Source of the DNA: Vicugna vicugna
Taxonomy: Eukaryota
Assembly: GCA_013265495.1 (NCBI GenBank)
Contig: MU057848.1
Span: 1 to 64,000 of the forward strand
Length of the DNA stretch: 64,000 bases
Direction: 5' to 3'
This document shows positions 23,771 through 37,335 of the stretch, one piece after another. The position numbers and the translations under genes are program-made. The notes under the pieces are model-generated. The model had not been told where the DNA came from. It worked only from the letters and a program-made list of their open reading frames with translations, and did not search any database. Each line of letters opens with the position of its first letter. The stretch's first letter is position 1.

Positions 23771-24433
23771 TTTTTTCTCAATTGAATTCTAGTCAGTTTG
23801 CAATGTTGTGTCAATTTTGGGTGTTCAGGTCCTGTTTCAGTCATACATACACATACATATATTCCTTTCCATATTCTTTTTCATTATAGGTTATTACAAG
23901 GCATTGAATATAGTTCCCTGTGCTGTACAGTAAAAACTTGTTTATCTATTTTATATATATTAGTCAGTATCTGCAAATCTCAAACTCCCAATTTACCCCT
24001 TGCCACTTCCTTCTTCTCTGGTAACCACAAGTTTGTTTTCTATGTCTGTGAGTCTGTTTCTGTTTTGTAAATAAATTCATTTGTCTTTTTTTTTTTTAGA
24101 TTCCACATATGAGTGATGTCATTTGGTATTTTTCTTTCTCTTTCTGGCTTACTTCACTTAGAAGGACATTCTCCAGGTCCAACCAGGTTGCAGCAAATTG
24201 CTTTATTTTATTCTTTTTCATGGCTGAGTAGTATTCCGCTGTATAAATATACCACATCTTCTTTATCCAGTCATCTGTGGATGGACATTTAGGCTGTTTC
24301 CATGTCTTGGCTGTTGTAAGTAGTGCTGCTGTGAACATTGGGGTGCAGGTGTCATTCTGAATTAAGGTTCCCTCTAGATAGATGTGCAGGAGTGGGACTG
24401 CTGGGTCATAGGGTAAGTCTGTTTTCAGTCTGG
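23771..24433 (-). mobile_element. 5'-truncated LINE-1 (ORF2 C-terminus plus 3' UTR)
   Basis: ORF 24096..24443(-) is an unbroken ORF2p C-terminus (PYDPAVPLL..TWKQPKCPSTDDWIKKMWYIYTAEYYSAMKKN..LSEVSQKEKEKYQMTSLICGI); 13-bp TSD aagatgccatctt at 23758-23770 and 24434-24446. Confidence 0.96.
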
Positions 24434-24944
24434 AAGATGCCATCTTGAATCTGGGGTTCAGAACAGAAGAGCCTAACCCTGTTCTGGGTCTAAAACCTCA
24501 AAGACCGGAAAGTAAAAAAGGGTTTCTGCTTATTATCAAGACAGAGTCCACTCATGAAATATTGCTACCCAAAGCCATGCTGACCTCAACAGTGACGGAA
24601 TGAGTGAGTTTGTCAGGAGTGAAAACAATTCATTAGGTCCTTGAGGGAAAAAAGGCAAATTGTATAAGGGCAAAAAAAATCTCTTTTGAGTCTTACTTTT
24701 CTCATTTACCATGCAGAATGGTATTTAGAAAAAGCCAATGTTTACCCGGCTTCTGAGTCAGAAACTGACATTTTAACGTACTCTTCACGTGGTGTCAGCA
24801 AAATGCAGCCAGACCACTGAGGCTTGGGGGGGGTGAGGTGTCCCCTCGTCCTCTAATGTCCACTAGAGGTCCCTTTCAGCTTGTTCCCTTATTTGTGGAG
24901 TGTCTGGGTTCTCCGGCCAATTACAATTTTTCTGTCCCCTGCTT

Positions 24945-25260
24945 CAATCAATCCTCCATCAAGGTGCCAGATAGTTGTGAACAGAACTCAGATCAAATCT
25001 GGATTTAAAAATCACCCCTATTTCCCATCTGCTTAAGGAGTAAATTCCTCAGACGGAACAGAAGTCCCTCAGAGATGTGGCCTGCGCTCACCTCTCCGCC
25101 CCACCTTGATCTGCTCCTCGTCACCTGTTTCATATGCTCCCATGTTCCTAGAATCCATCATTTCTGGGGATGACTTGCCTATGCTACTTGCAAAATGACC
25201 TTCCCTTCCATCTTCATCTGGAAAAATCCATCATCTTTTATGACCCAGTTTGCATGTGAT
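24945..25260 (+). mobile_element. L2 relic
   Basis: aatcctccatcaaggtgccagatag..ctcagatca..tttcccatctgcttaaggagtaaattcctcagac..gtccctcagagatgtggcctgcgctcacctctcc resembles internal L2 sequence. Confidence 0.5.
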
Positions 25261-26832
25261 CAGATTCAGCGTGGGCTGCTATAACTGAACACCAGACACG
25301 GGGTGACAGAAAGAGCAGAAATTTATCTCTCGTGGTTCTGAAGACTGGACGTCCAGATCCAGGTTGACTTGGTTGTTACTGAGAGCATCCCATGTGCTGA
25401 GCTCCAAGGACCTTGCAGACTCTCTCCTGTCACTCCCTGATGGCCTCTGAAGCGGGGCTGTGGGGCCGTCCATTTCCCACGTGGTGAAGTGGAGGTGTGG
25501 ACAGGTGGGTAGCTCACCAGAATTCATGCAACTCGTAAATGGCTGAGCCAAGAGTTGAACCTGGGTTGTGAGCCCTTCCCTGGAAGTTTATATTATTTTC
25601 TTGCCAAGAGAGAGCCCAGTGGCGACATAAAATGTGTGCTAAATTAGACGTCTGGGGTGTGGCACCGTTAACTTTCATTTACTAACTCTTCATTACTAGA
25701 CAGATCAGAATTCTTAGTCACACTGAAAATAAGAAATTTGTAGGTGCCCTTAGGTGGTAGGCAATAGCATATTCAGTGAGACATATTTCTGTATGTATTT
25801 CTCTATTTAGATGCACCTGCCTCTGAATTTCCATAATTTAAAAAAATGTTGACACTTCCTCCTCCTTTGTATTGAAAGGAACTTGCCTCGAGCCATCTTT
25901 TAACCACCAGGAAAGGCTCAGATTTGCCCCACACTTCTGCCCTGGGCACCTGGACCATATAATTCCCTGTTTAAGAGCTTTCTAGCTATTATCCACCTCA
26001 TCCTTAAAACAATTAGACACAATTGAATACTATTTTAGAAATAAGGAAATTGAGTCATAGAGAGATTGTTCTCAGAATTAAAAAAAAAATCATTTCCTTT
26101 TCCTATGTCAGACAGGTCATAGTTTCCTCTTAACTCTTGGAGAATTTTATAGATTTTTTTAAAAAAAAAAATTTTCAATTTCCTACATATTTTATGTGTA
26201 CTCCAAATTTGCTCATTGGTTTTTTTTTTTTAATTATTATTTGCCTTTTTTTTTAAATGTCTTTCAAGTGAGACGTTTTCTGCAGATTCACGAAGCACAC
26301 AGATCACATGCGTAGTTTCTGAACAGTGAGTGAATCCATGGGTTTATCAGTTCTGTCCTAAAATTATACCAGGGTGGTGGTCAACCGATTTTCAAAAGGG
26401 CGCATGCCCACAAGGTTGAAGAGAATGAATGGAAAGACAATAGAAGTGACCTTTTAAAAGATTTACATAAAGGATAAGAGGAAATAAACTTGGCAAGACA
26501 GCGGACTTTGGACTCTGCATTGGCAGTGCGTAAAGCCAGGCAGAGGTGAGTTCGTTGTTAACAATCCCAGGAGTTTAGGACTTGCAGAAAATAAGCCAAA
26601 CCGAGGACTGGAAGTGGGGGGCTAAGGCGACAATGTTTCAAGCTGTATCGAAGGCACTGAGAGCCCCCCAGCACCCTTCATCTATCTTGAGAAGCCTGTC
26701 AAATGCCTCTCTCTAACCTCAGCAGGACGTGGGGGTTCTCCATGCTGTGAAGGCTGAATCAGAGGCACGAGGGCTGGGGATCCCAGGCGCCACTGAAAAT
26801 TGGAAACTGGGGGAGAAGGAACTACTGATGCC

Positions 26833-27292
26833 TGTAGGCCGATCTGATACTGCTCGGAGGAAAACCCATTTGATGACGCTTGTTAGAACAAGGCAAGGCA
26901 GGCCTTACTCAAAGGGCTGTCATCATGATGGGCGTGGCGACCACTGCAACGGTGTCTTGCAGCAGGAGAGAGAATTTGGACTCAACCCTGAACACAGTGT
27001 GGGCAAGAGGGGATTTACAGCCAAGGAACAGAGTCGGGGTCGGGGCGGTCAGTGGATGGAAAATTACTCAGAGGAAACACCGGGGTGAGACGGATTGTAG
27101 CCAAACCTACCTAAAGGACATCACTCGGAGTTTGATGGAGGATGCGAACCCTCATCAGATCCAGAGGCTGGTTAAATGGACTTCTCAGGACTTCTGCTAA
27201 AACTGGACAATCCACAGAGAGCATGGAAACAGGCCTAGCTGGAAAAGTCCAGGGGCCCTGTGATGAGTTTGTCAAAAAGAGACTGTTTGTCA
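26833..27292 (-). mobile_element. ERV1-class solo LTR (MER31/MER67-like)
   Basis: TG...CA termini; minus strand begins tgacaaacagtctctttttgacaaactc and contains tgtccagttttagcagaagtcctg, typical of this LTR group. Confidence 0.7.
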
Positions 27293-27334
27293 TATTATTT
27301 TTAATTCATTTTAATACATTTTTTGGGCTCTTTT

Positions 27335-28150
27335 GGAGATGGTGAGAATTTGCATCCTTTTCTTGTTTATCTCCAAACAGAATGCATCTAATGCCTGCCC
27401 ATTAGTCACGTTATTTGCTCTGGGTTTCTGTGAGTGATCGTTTACCAGGCTAAGGAAATCTCTTTTATTTTCAGCGTGCTTGCTAAGTGAGGTTTTAATT
27501 ATAAAAAACCATTACATTTCACCAGCTTTTGCATCATTTGAAATAATCATAGATTTTTCTTCTCGGAGCTACAAACAGGGAATATTACGAAAATCGATTT
27601 TGCGTGTTGAAGAATCTTTGTCTTCTTGAGAAACCCTACTTGGTCATTACGTTTTTTTTTTTTTAAATACATTGCGGAAAATAATTTGCGAATATTATTT
27701 TAAGGTTTTGTCTATTTGTTCCTAATGAGATTGCCCTCTGATTACGCTCCTTTGTGCAATCTTTTTAAATTCTTTGTATTAAGCGCATAAGAGCTGCATA
27801 ATGAGTTGGGTGTTTTTTCCGCCTTTTTCAAATACTCACTTTAGTTTGGACAAAAAAAAAAAAACGATCGGCTCTCTTCTGATTCCGCGTACGTGTTTGT
27901 ACGCGTGTGTACATAGACTGTTGAATGTCATTGCAGTTTCTCAAATAATGAACTTACGTTGTCTGTCTGCCTTTTCTTGGTCAGTTGGGTTAATGTAGAT
28001 GGTAAGAAAAATGGTCCAGCAGGCTTGTAAGTTTATGGGTTAATTAGCAGAAGATTCGGTCACATACTCTCATAGAAGTGTAATCCTTCTGGCATCTCTG
28101 GTTCTTCGTCCTTTGTCCAGGCTCCATGTCCTGTGCCAAGCATGCACCTG
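27335..28150 (-). mobile_element. Ancient L1M ORF2 (RT region) relic
   Basis: ggtgagaatttgcatccttttcttgtt..., tgcatcatttgaaataatcatagattttt, aaaccctacttggtcat, ataatgagttgggtg: degenerate antisense L1 RT region. Confidence 0.7.
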
Positions 28151-30529
28151 ATCCGCCATCTCTCAGTCCTACATCTCAGTGGTCAGGAATTTTGCTGAGG
28201 TTTTTCAGATGGAGAACAGAGGGAAAGAGATGCCGGTTGACCCCATCAAGGTCTCTTCACTGGTAAAAACTGAGATGTGGATTCAAACCCACATTTGCTC
28301 TCTCTAATCCAGACTTCTCCAGTCCCTTTGCGGAGAAGGGGAGGCTTCTGACTCCATCCGTCCTTTTGACAGGGACCTCCCCCTATGTGTTACCATTTCC
28401 CTCTTTCATGGTTCTTCATCTTGGCTGAAGTAGCAGCCACAGTTGAATCTTAGACATTCTGGGCCAGCTGGTCCCCAGGCCTCGCTCCTGAGCATCTGAT
28501 CGGGCAGGTCTGGTGTGGAATTCAGGGAGCCGGGGAGCAACGTCAGGCAGCTGGAGAATCTGAAAGGGACTCACTCATTTCGCTCACCTCTGACCGACAG
28601 AAACATTGCAAACCAGAGGCATGTCCACGGAGGATGCTGCTCTCTGATCCATCGCATGAGGACATTCAATCTCCGCTCTCCTGGGAACCATCAGGCCATG
28701 ACCAGATTCTATCTGCAATCACAGAGGCTATGAAATTCAAATTTTTGGGCCAGTCCTGGGTGGGGTAAGGCGATGGATTAATCATGAGATGGATTAAGGA
28801 AAGAAACATTTATCCTGATCGGGTAAATTAATGAACTCTCCGAGACAGTGAAACTAGGGGAGGAAAATCAGCCTGGGCTGGACGAACAGGAGTCCACAGA
28901 GATGAGGATGAAGGATCTTGCACTTGCCTCCAGGTTGCGTGGTCCATCACAGCCTCCTGAGTTCACCTGTGCGGCTCCTGACATCCTCCCAGGCCACTGC
29001 TGTTGGTCAGTTCTCTTGGGAAGCCGTTCGTTTATTAAAAATAATCAGCATTTTTTTTCCAGTGCATTGTCTGTGCTAGGCGCTTTGTCATGGGATTTAA
29101 GTATCATGGTTTCACGATAAAATTATGCCTAGCTGTGACCAACACTTTCTTTTAATTATTTCTTTGATTGTCTAGACTTGAAGTCCCGGGAGGCAGAAGC
29201 AGGGACTTCCCTCCCATCACTATGTCCCTGTTACGGGGCCACGCGTGGGACCTCACGAGGCTCTCAGGCTCCACCCGAAGGGTGTTGAATGAATGAAGGA
29301 CCCCGGCTCCCAACACCCGGTGTCCTTTCGGGGCCCATGGCTCCTCCATCACCTTTACCACTGCATTGGGAAGCGTCCCATGGACTTCATTTTGTGCCAC
29401 CACAAATTCCAGTGCCTGCAACTGTATTTCATCAGCGACACTTACTAAGTTTATAATTGCAGACTGTGGTCCCGTCTCTGATCTCTGATTTCCTGGCACA
29501 TGCCTGTCGCATTACAAGAGCCATGTCTGTGCCACCGGGAGGAAACCGGGACCCAGGGGCCCAGAACTTGACACGGCCGGTGTTCTCCACTTTTCCTTAA
29601 GATCCAGTCCAGTTTCCCTTCCCGGTGCCTTTGGCCGACTTGGGCTGCAGTTTGACTAAAATATTATTCAACTCCGGCGCTGTTTCCAGGGTCTGCATCA
29701 CTTCTCTGAGCTCATGCGGCAGATCTCACTCTCTTACAAAGACACAGTCCTCTGATGCTTGAGCTCAGCTCGCCATCCTCCAGCTCCCGTCCTCCCAGGA
29801 GGAAGGCTGCAGTCAGGTGGCGGGAGGGTCACCATTTTCACGCCGACTCTGGCTCTGAATATTGAATCTCAGGAGTTGGTGGACGTGGCCCCTCATCACT
29901 GGCCATAAAGCGCCGGCAAATCTGCAAAGCCATCCAATGACATCGGACATCGCCAATGCTCACCTCCCTTAGACGATAGGGCAAGGCTGGTGTCTTTTAT
30001 AGCCATTCAAAGGCAAGCGTTGAACACTCGAGAAATAGAAGATCTAACCCCAAATTTGATCTTGTAGCAAAGTGTGTATTTTAAAAAAAAAATCATTTGA
30101 ATAATGGCTCTAGCCAGAAAAACACATTTGTTCTAAATTTTATAGGTGGCCGTCATGGCGTAGTGTCTGGGGACACATTGAGAAGCGTGTTGGCAGTGAT
30201 GTCAGAAAGGGTGCCACAAATTTCAGCCTCACCAACCACAGGAAAGGGGCTTAAAATGCATGTAGATCGCTCTCCGGCCCTGACGTTGGGTCTGAGTGTC
30301 ACTCCGGGGTGACAGACAGAGGCACTCCCTTGGAAAGCAAGCGTGGAGGGGTGTCCTCCCGCCTCGGGCGAAGTCACAGTGCAGCACTGTCCCTGAGGGG
30401 ACGTGGGGCAGGGGGGTTAGGACACTGCACTGGGGTTCTCGCCCGAAAAATGCTGCCCACCCACTGGGCCACCCTGAATAGTGAGGCAGGCTCAGCAGGG
30501 GGTACAGTATATGGGGTGACTTGTGCCCC

Positions 30530-30590
30530 CTCTCCCTCCCTCCTTCCTCCCTCCCTTCCTCCTTCCCTTCCTTCCTCCGTTCCTTCCTTC
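30530..30590. repeat. (CCTT/CCTC)n pyrimidine microsatellite
   Basis: tctccctccctccttcctccctcccttcctccttcccttccttcc, directly abutting a SINE tail. Confidence 0.85.
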
Positions 30591-30599
30591 GGAGAGGAA

Positions 30600-30712
30600 G
30601 ATTTACCTAATTACCATTAGATTTGCTTATTTATTTAATGGAGGGACTGGGGATTAAGCCCAGGACCTCGTGCATGATAAGCGTGTGCTTTACCGCTGAG
30701 CTAGACCCTCCC
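30600..30712 (-). mobile_element. tRNA-derived SINE (vic-1-like)
   Basis: tttatttaatggagggactggggattaagcccaggacctcgtgcatgataagcgtgtgctttaccgctgagctagaccctccc. Confidence 0.88.
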
Positions 30713-31104
30713 TGTCCAGAGGCCTTTAAGACGCCCTGCAGGGGTTTTCTCCACCCCCGACTCCTCCTGGCACACCCAGGGGGCAGTTTCCAGGCACAGT
30801 CATCACTACCTTATCCAGGGTGTCCATTGTCTGGAGATTTGCAATAGATGGACCGAGGACAGCAGACATGGGCCACCTCCCAGTGTCTCTCAGGACCGGG
30901 AGCCCGGGAGCGACTGAGCTGTGTGGTTCTGGCGTCTCAAAGCCTGCAGTCCAGCTGACGGTGGCCCTGCCGTCTCTGAGGACTGGTGGGGGCTGCCGGA
31001 CCCACCTCCAAGTTCATGCACATGGCGGCGGGCAGGTGGCTTCAGTTCCCCACGTGGGCATCTCCCCATGGGTCTGCCTATAATGTGACTTCCCCAGAGC
31101 AAGT

Positions 31105-31197
31105 GAAGAAAGAGAGACAGAGATGGAGCGACAGAGGGACAGAAAGAGAGAAAGGCAGACACACAGAGAGAGACAGAAAGACAGACAGAGACAGAGG
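31105..31197. repeat. Degenerate (GA)/(GACA)n microsatellite
   Basis: agagagacagagatggagcgacagagggacagaaagagag..acagacagagacagagg. Confidence 0.8.
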
Positions 31198-33211
31198 GCT
31201 GGTGAGCTGGGCCAGGCAGGGGTTCTGTAGGCGGAAGCAATGTGACTCTCACAGCCCGCCACACACAATCTTCCCTGCCACCTGTCTGATGGGAGGGACC
31301 ACGGAAGTGTGAAGCCAGCAGGTGGGTCCTGGGTCCCCTGGAGGCTGGCTGCCACCCCGGGCAGGGCACATCCTCCGGGGGGCCACTCCGTCTCACAGGC
31401 ACTGTGACATCTGACTTGGGACCTCACAGACCCCAGGTCAATCCTGCTTCCACTCCTAGTGAAGCAAACTTTCTCTCTTTGGATGCAACCCAGTAGAAAC
31501 TTTTTTCTTTTTTTTTGCATGTTTGGCTCCATTTATTGAAGACCTCCCTGCAGGAGTTCAAAACCAAGGAAATTATTTGGTATCCCCAACAACGAAGAAA
31601 ATCTAATTTTCTGATAACGTTTTAGGCGATCAGATCAAACTTAGCCTTGCTTAACTAGTGCCCAGCTTGAAAAGTTGATTTATTAAACCTATATTCGTGG
31701 ACTGGGTCAGAGATTAATATCTACCCTATAATTTTTCAAGCAGTATTTGCAATCTCTTTGTACAGTGTTGGTAACTGTAAGGATACTGGTACATAAGGGG
31801 TGACGTGACAATGATTAACTGTAAACGTTTTGTCTGCTTGTTCAGTACTCATTGTTAATTCATGTTTAATGAGCGTCAACTGTGTGCTGGTTTGAGATGG
31901 ATCCTGAAATCAAATCACTTCCAGTGGAACCAGGATTTGGGACAGACAGTCCCGCAGTGACGCACACCCCACGGCCGTCTGATGACTCCCTCCCTCTGCC
32001 TCTGTCCCTTCCTGCACGTGGGAGCGTCCGCTGAGGGTCTGCACCTTCAGGGCTGGAGGGAATGTTGCTCAGGGGGATGGAGTTTGAGCTACTGAACGAA
32101 TTTACCCAGCCAGTGCGGGCAGTTTGAGAATCAAGATGGGATCCTTGAAAAATGGTGACAAAGGAGGGAGAAATGTGCTTTGAGAAATTTTGCATCTGAA
32201 GCCCACTGAGGGTCCTCCAGCCACAGAGAAGGAAGAGAAGGAAGCCAGATGTGCTTCTTTGAAGTGGTTGCCAACACTGAAGGGTGAACGCAGTCGCAGA
32301 CATCCTAGCAAGGAGCCTCTTGCATGATGGCCATCTTCATGTCTGCGTTTCTCTGTTAAACGGAATGCCCTTCCCAGGTATGTCATTTGGCTCTCTTGCT
32401 GGACCTTGAGGGAAACCAGGATGCTTGTATCTGCAATGCTGTTTGCAAAAAAAGCAGATCTGCAGAAAATTGTTATCCCTTCCCCGGTGAACGTGGAGGT
32501 CTTCCAGCGGGAGGCGAGGAGAACCACTCACGCGCTCTGAAAGCATAATTCTGGGCTCACACTCGGGACAAAGACGGCGGAGGCAAGGTGCGCCTGGCTC
32601 CCAGATGGTGACTCAACAGACGAGAAATATCAATTTTTCCCCCTACTTAGGGTTAATGTCTTTCATAACCCATTCAAGGGCTCAGACAGTATTTGAAATG
32701 AAAAAGGCTTTTTTCATCTTATTTCAAATTACAGCTGGAAGAGTTCCTTTGGCCACTGCATTTTAGGAAAACACAGAAAAAATAACAGAAGAATGAGGAG
32801 TTTCAACTATACAATTGTGAACAATAGGACAGTTTTTTTTACCTGGAAGATGGGGAGAACCATACCTGCCTCCTGCGGCCATGGTGGAGTTTTCTGAGCC
32901 GTCAGGAGTCAGAACCCAATTGTGAGGTTCGTTAAATGGGGGCTGCCATTGAACTATTTATATAAAGGGACTGCCAATCTTGGCACTTCCGAGAGGCAGA
33001 GGGTCATAAGAAAAACATACAGAGATGTTTGGACTCATAACCTGTGTGTAAGGTGGCTGCACGCACATCTCAATGACAAAAGGAAGCGAAAAGCTGTCGT
33101 TTTTATGGTTTGCGTCCGCGTGTAAGTTTGAACTCGGCCGAGTGTATCTGACCATAGGTTCCATCGTGACGTGAATCTTTGCATGTCAACCACTCACTGC
33201 TGCAGCGAGAT

Positions 33212-33356
33212 GTCATATAAATACATATCTATATTCCTTTTCAGGCTCTCTTCACTTTTCAGGCTCCATTATGGGTTATTGTGAGGTATTGGATGTAGCT
33301 CCCTGTGCTGTGCAGTAGGACCATGTTGTTTATCTCATTTATATACAGTAGTGTGT
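33212..33356 (-). mobile_element. LINE-1 3' UTR fragment
   Basis: ccattatgggttattgtgaggtattggatgtagctccctgtgctgtgcagtaggaccatgttgtttatct matches the other L1 3' ends. Confidence 0.8.
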
Positions 33357-35919
33357 TCTTGTGTTCTCTATACGGTCCTCACTTCAGGGCTGAGAAAGCT
33401 GTCAGAGGTCATGACTCCATCAACCGAAATCATCCCTATCGTTTCAACTTTGAGTGAAGTTAACATACGCACTGAGCTCCCCGCTTCCCCAAGCCAGCAA
33501 GACTCCTGGAGGAGGTGTGTGACTTACTGTCTTCCTAGAGCGCCTTGAGCTTTTGGCCTGGTGATTAAGTCACCTTATGCATATATATATCCTTTTATAT
33601 AATCCGGAGTTCATGCCATTATCTGCTGCTGGATAACACACGTTCCTCCTTGATGGCTGAGCCCGCTAAGTCCTTAAAATCTAAAGACAGACTTGAGCCA
33701 TATTATATGGCTTTTTTAAACAATCTGACCCCACCAAGCCCTTGGGGGACAGGGTAACTGAGCGTCTATGGACAAACCCCAGGATGGGGGTGGTTAGGGG
33801 GTGCCACATTCTCCTGAGACTTGAAGACATTTCAAACACGGTGCAGAATGTTTGGGGCTCACCTCTGAAACTGGCGTGGGGACAGACAGCCTTGGTGGCT
33901 CTAGGGCAGGAATTTCAGCATCTGGGTCCCTGCGGACCTCCTGACGATGACCCACCATTGCATTTAAAGCCTGGCCTGCAGTGCTGGCTGGAAAACACAT
34001 TAAACAGAGCCAGAACAGCTCCCACGCCAGCGGTTGAAGGCCTGTTGTCTGCTCTGAGGCTAGCCTTCACCTAATTTTTTGTCTCACCCCAAAGGGGCGC
34101 GCTAAGTAGAAATGGCCTGTCTGGGGTTTTAAAAGTTTGCACCTTTTGAAAACAGCCAGAGGCCTATTACAGACATCTTTAGGGACCCAGCCCCTGCAGG
34201 CCACACCTCTCACACTCCCACGTGACGGCTGTCCTTTTGGGCCATGTCTTCTCACATGTGCCCCCCTCCCTCATCTGCCCGGGTGACAGGACGCATCTGC
34301 ATCTCAATTTCCAGTCCAAACCCCAGTGTGGAAGCTTGAATGGACCCCTAGGCTGAACCCCTCTTCTTGTCTGAGTTCAGAAACTCACAGGGAGTCGGCT
34401 GCTGTTGGAAGAGATGGGGGCACGAGGTCCCGGGGGCAGCGCTGGGCCAACTGGACACCAGCTGGGCTCTGGACCCAGTGGGCTCTCTCCTCGTCTTGCC
34501 CAGGATGACCCAGGTGGCAGGGACGTGCATGTGAGGGTGAGGTGACTCCACTCGGGCAGAGGGGAGCCGAGCACCCTGGCAGGGGGCAGAGGAGAGGAGA
34601 CAGCCCACGGATTTTAACCCCCAGCCCCACCCGGAGGAGCAGGTGGGTGCTACGTTCATTCACTGGGCAGCACCACCCCCCTGCCTTTGGGAGAGCGAGC
34701 AGGGAACCCGAGAAAGAGCGGGGGGCTGCCCACCCGGGTTCTTCTCCACTACGTGTGTGTGCACCACCCAGACCTGCTGAATTTACACCCAGGTAGAAAC
34801 TGTCCTCAGGGATGGTACAGCCCAATCCGAAGACCTGTTGGTCCCTCAATCTGAGTAAGTCGTATTCCAAATTACGAATTTCAAACTAAAGCTCCTACTG
34901 TTCCAAGAAGATCTCATCTGTGATCAGTGGGTGGAATTACCTCTTCATTCATGTCTTCAAAAAATGTGACTGTCTTTCTATCCCATGTCACACTTTGATG
35001 AAAAAGAAATGGCCTAAAGGTTCTGAGCCCACATAACATGGTAGGGGGGCAGAAGTAGCCACCACTGAGGGGTCCGGGGAGTCACAGGAGAGCTGATATT
35101 TGACCCAGGCCTTGAAAGGAGATTTCCAGGTGGAGAAGGAATGTGGACATGTCGGGGGAGGGACAGGCACGTGGGTCCCAGAGGGCACAGACGATCGCGC
35201 GGTGACAGCCAAGGGCCCATGTGTGCCTGCACGTGGAAAGACCTGGGACAGCCCCAGTCCTCTGTCTGCATGGACTGGACAGTGTACTGAGTGTCCCTGC
35301 CTGTCGAGTGGGACAGTTTGTCTGGGAAGACACAGGGCCTGGTGGTCAGGGCATGAATGAGCCGCAATGTCTTCATCAAGACAGCATCACCAGGGGGCCA
35401 CAACAGGGGGAGCCAGGAACCAGAGCCTCCCTGGTGGTGTGAATACAATCTTGCAGATCACGGACACAGTTCCTTCTAGGCAGGTGTCTCCAGACACTGC
35501 AAGGAGGCTGGGCGAGGGCCGTCGCAGGGCTGAGCTGAGCCGTGAGAGATTCAGGGGAGCAGAGCAGGCTCCAGCGATGCCTCTGAGCTGGGAATCTGGC
35601 CTCTCATTTCACACATTATGTTTCTATTTTTAGACCCTAGTATGATGCCAGCTTCTCTGCAAAAAGCACAGTTGTGTTTACTCACGGTCAGCTTCTGGTT
35701 CACTCTGTGTATTCTGAGCCTCTGAGTCAACATACGCCCTTTCGGGTAATATAATGGTCTTATTGTCTGGCCAGGAACACCTGCCAAATCGAGCCTGACA
35801 TAACATGATAGGCCTGCTTCTCCTGCAGAATTCCTCTCATTAACACACACCCACATCACCAAAGCAGCCAGGGCATTAAACCTGCCATCATTCCCGCACG
35901 TAAAAAATAGACCTGCCCA

Positions 35920-36066
35920 AAACACACTACTGTACTTAAAATAAATAAACAACAAGGACCTACTGCCGAGCACAGGAAGCTATATTCAATACAGTTTGCT
36001 GTACATCTGAAACGAACATCGTAAACCAACCATACTTCAATTAAAAATTAAAAAAAAAGACCAAAA
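35920..36066 (+). mobile_element. Short, internally deleted LINE-1 3' end
   Basis: aaaataaataaacaacaaggacctactgccgagcacaggaagctatattcaata..tttgctgtacatctgaaac..tacttcaattaaaa plus A tail; degenerate TSD aaaata(g/c)acctgc(c/t)ca. Confidence 0.8.
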
Positions 36067-36526
36067 AAAAATACACCTGCTCATTGTTTGAATGATGACA
36101 TGACCTGTCTTAAAACTTCAAATTAAAGCCCTCATGTCATGAGAGGGCCAAGGCCAAGGCTCTGACTCCAGCCCCACCTTCAAATCACAGTTGTCCACGT
36201 GTAGGTGATGGCGCAGCCCCGCCGAGGACGCCTTGGCAGCGGCTGATCACAGGCGGAAACGCCAAGGCACCCGGGATGCAGTGAGTTTCACAGATTTATC
36301 TGGAAGTGGAGGAAGAGAGGCAGAGAGAGATACCGTACGGAGAAATGGATAATCCAGGGAGAGTGCACATGCTAAGCAGACGGGAAGGTAGTTAGATGAA
36401 AATGTCACATGGCGGACATCTTAAATGTGCGTGAAGTTGCAAATAATGGGTTTCCTGAGAGGTGAGCCACTCTGCCTCCTGGGCTCTCATGGCCCTGGGT
36501 GCGTCTTACTTTGCTGGCCAAATTCT

Positions 36527-37335
36527 GTTTTTTTTTTATAGCAGCTTTATTGAGATAAATTTGCATGCCCCACAAAATTCATCCCTTGGACATGCAAAAG
36601 TTAATGATTTGGGGTATATCCCTAGGGTTGTGCAACCATTACTACTATCAAATGTTAAAAATTGTCATTCCCAAAGAAACCCAGCACCCATTGGCTCTCC
36701 CATCCCCTCCCAACCACTAATCTACATATGTCTTTATAAATGTGTCTATTCTGGACATTTCACATCATGAAACTACACAGTCTGGGCTCTTGCCTGTATC
36801 ATTGAGGTCCAAGATTTCAGATTTATCCATGCTGTTACGTGAATTAGCACTTCACTCTTCTTGACGGCTGAGTAAGTTTCCAGTACATGAATACAACATG
36901 CTGTGGTTCGCCCATTCGTAAGTTGATAGACATTTGGGTTGTTTATACTTTTTCAGGAATTGTACTGCTTTGAACATTCACACACAAGTTTTCGTGTGGA
37001 CGTGTGTTTCTCTCGGGCATATGTCAAGAAGTGGAAATTCTGGGTCATGTGGAAACTACGCTTAGCATGTTGAGGAACTGTCAGACTGTTTTCCAACGTG
37101 GTGCACAATCTTACAACCCCACCAGCAATGTATAAGGTCTCACTGTCTCTGTCCTCATTGACAATTGTTATCATCTGTCTCTTTTATCTTAGCCCTTATC
37201 ACTTCTGTGAAGTGGTATGTCACTGTGATTTTGATTTGCATTTCCCTAATAAGGTGACACTGAGCATTTTTTCATGCACTTATTTCCCATCTGTATATTA
37301 TCTTCTTTAGAGATGTATTCAAGCAGTTCATATAT
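36527..37335 (-). mobile_element. Older LINE-1 (L1MB-like) 3' region
   Basis: cagctttattgagataaattt..gggttgtgcaaccattactactatc..ctattctggacatttcac..tgttgaggaactgtcagactgttttcca..gattttgatttgcatttccctaat..tgagcattttttcatg. Confidence 0.9.

Noticed and set aside
24096..24443. Clean 115-aa ORF
   Set aside because: LINE-1 ORF2p C-terminus within a 5'-truncated, TSD-flanked insertion; no promoter or RT domain, so not a host gene or active element.
31897..32560. Coding-looking stretch starting ATGGATCCTGAAATC (MDPEIKSLPVEPGF...)
   Set aside because: Early stop codons and no protein family recognised; cannot be called an exon or pseudogene without a homology search.
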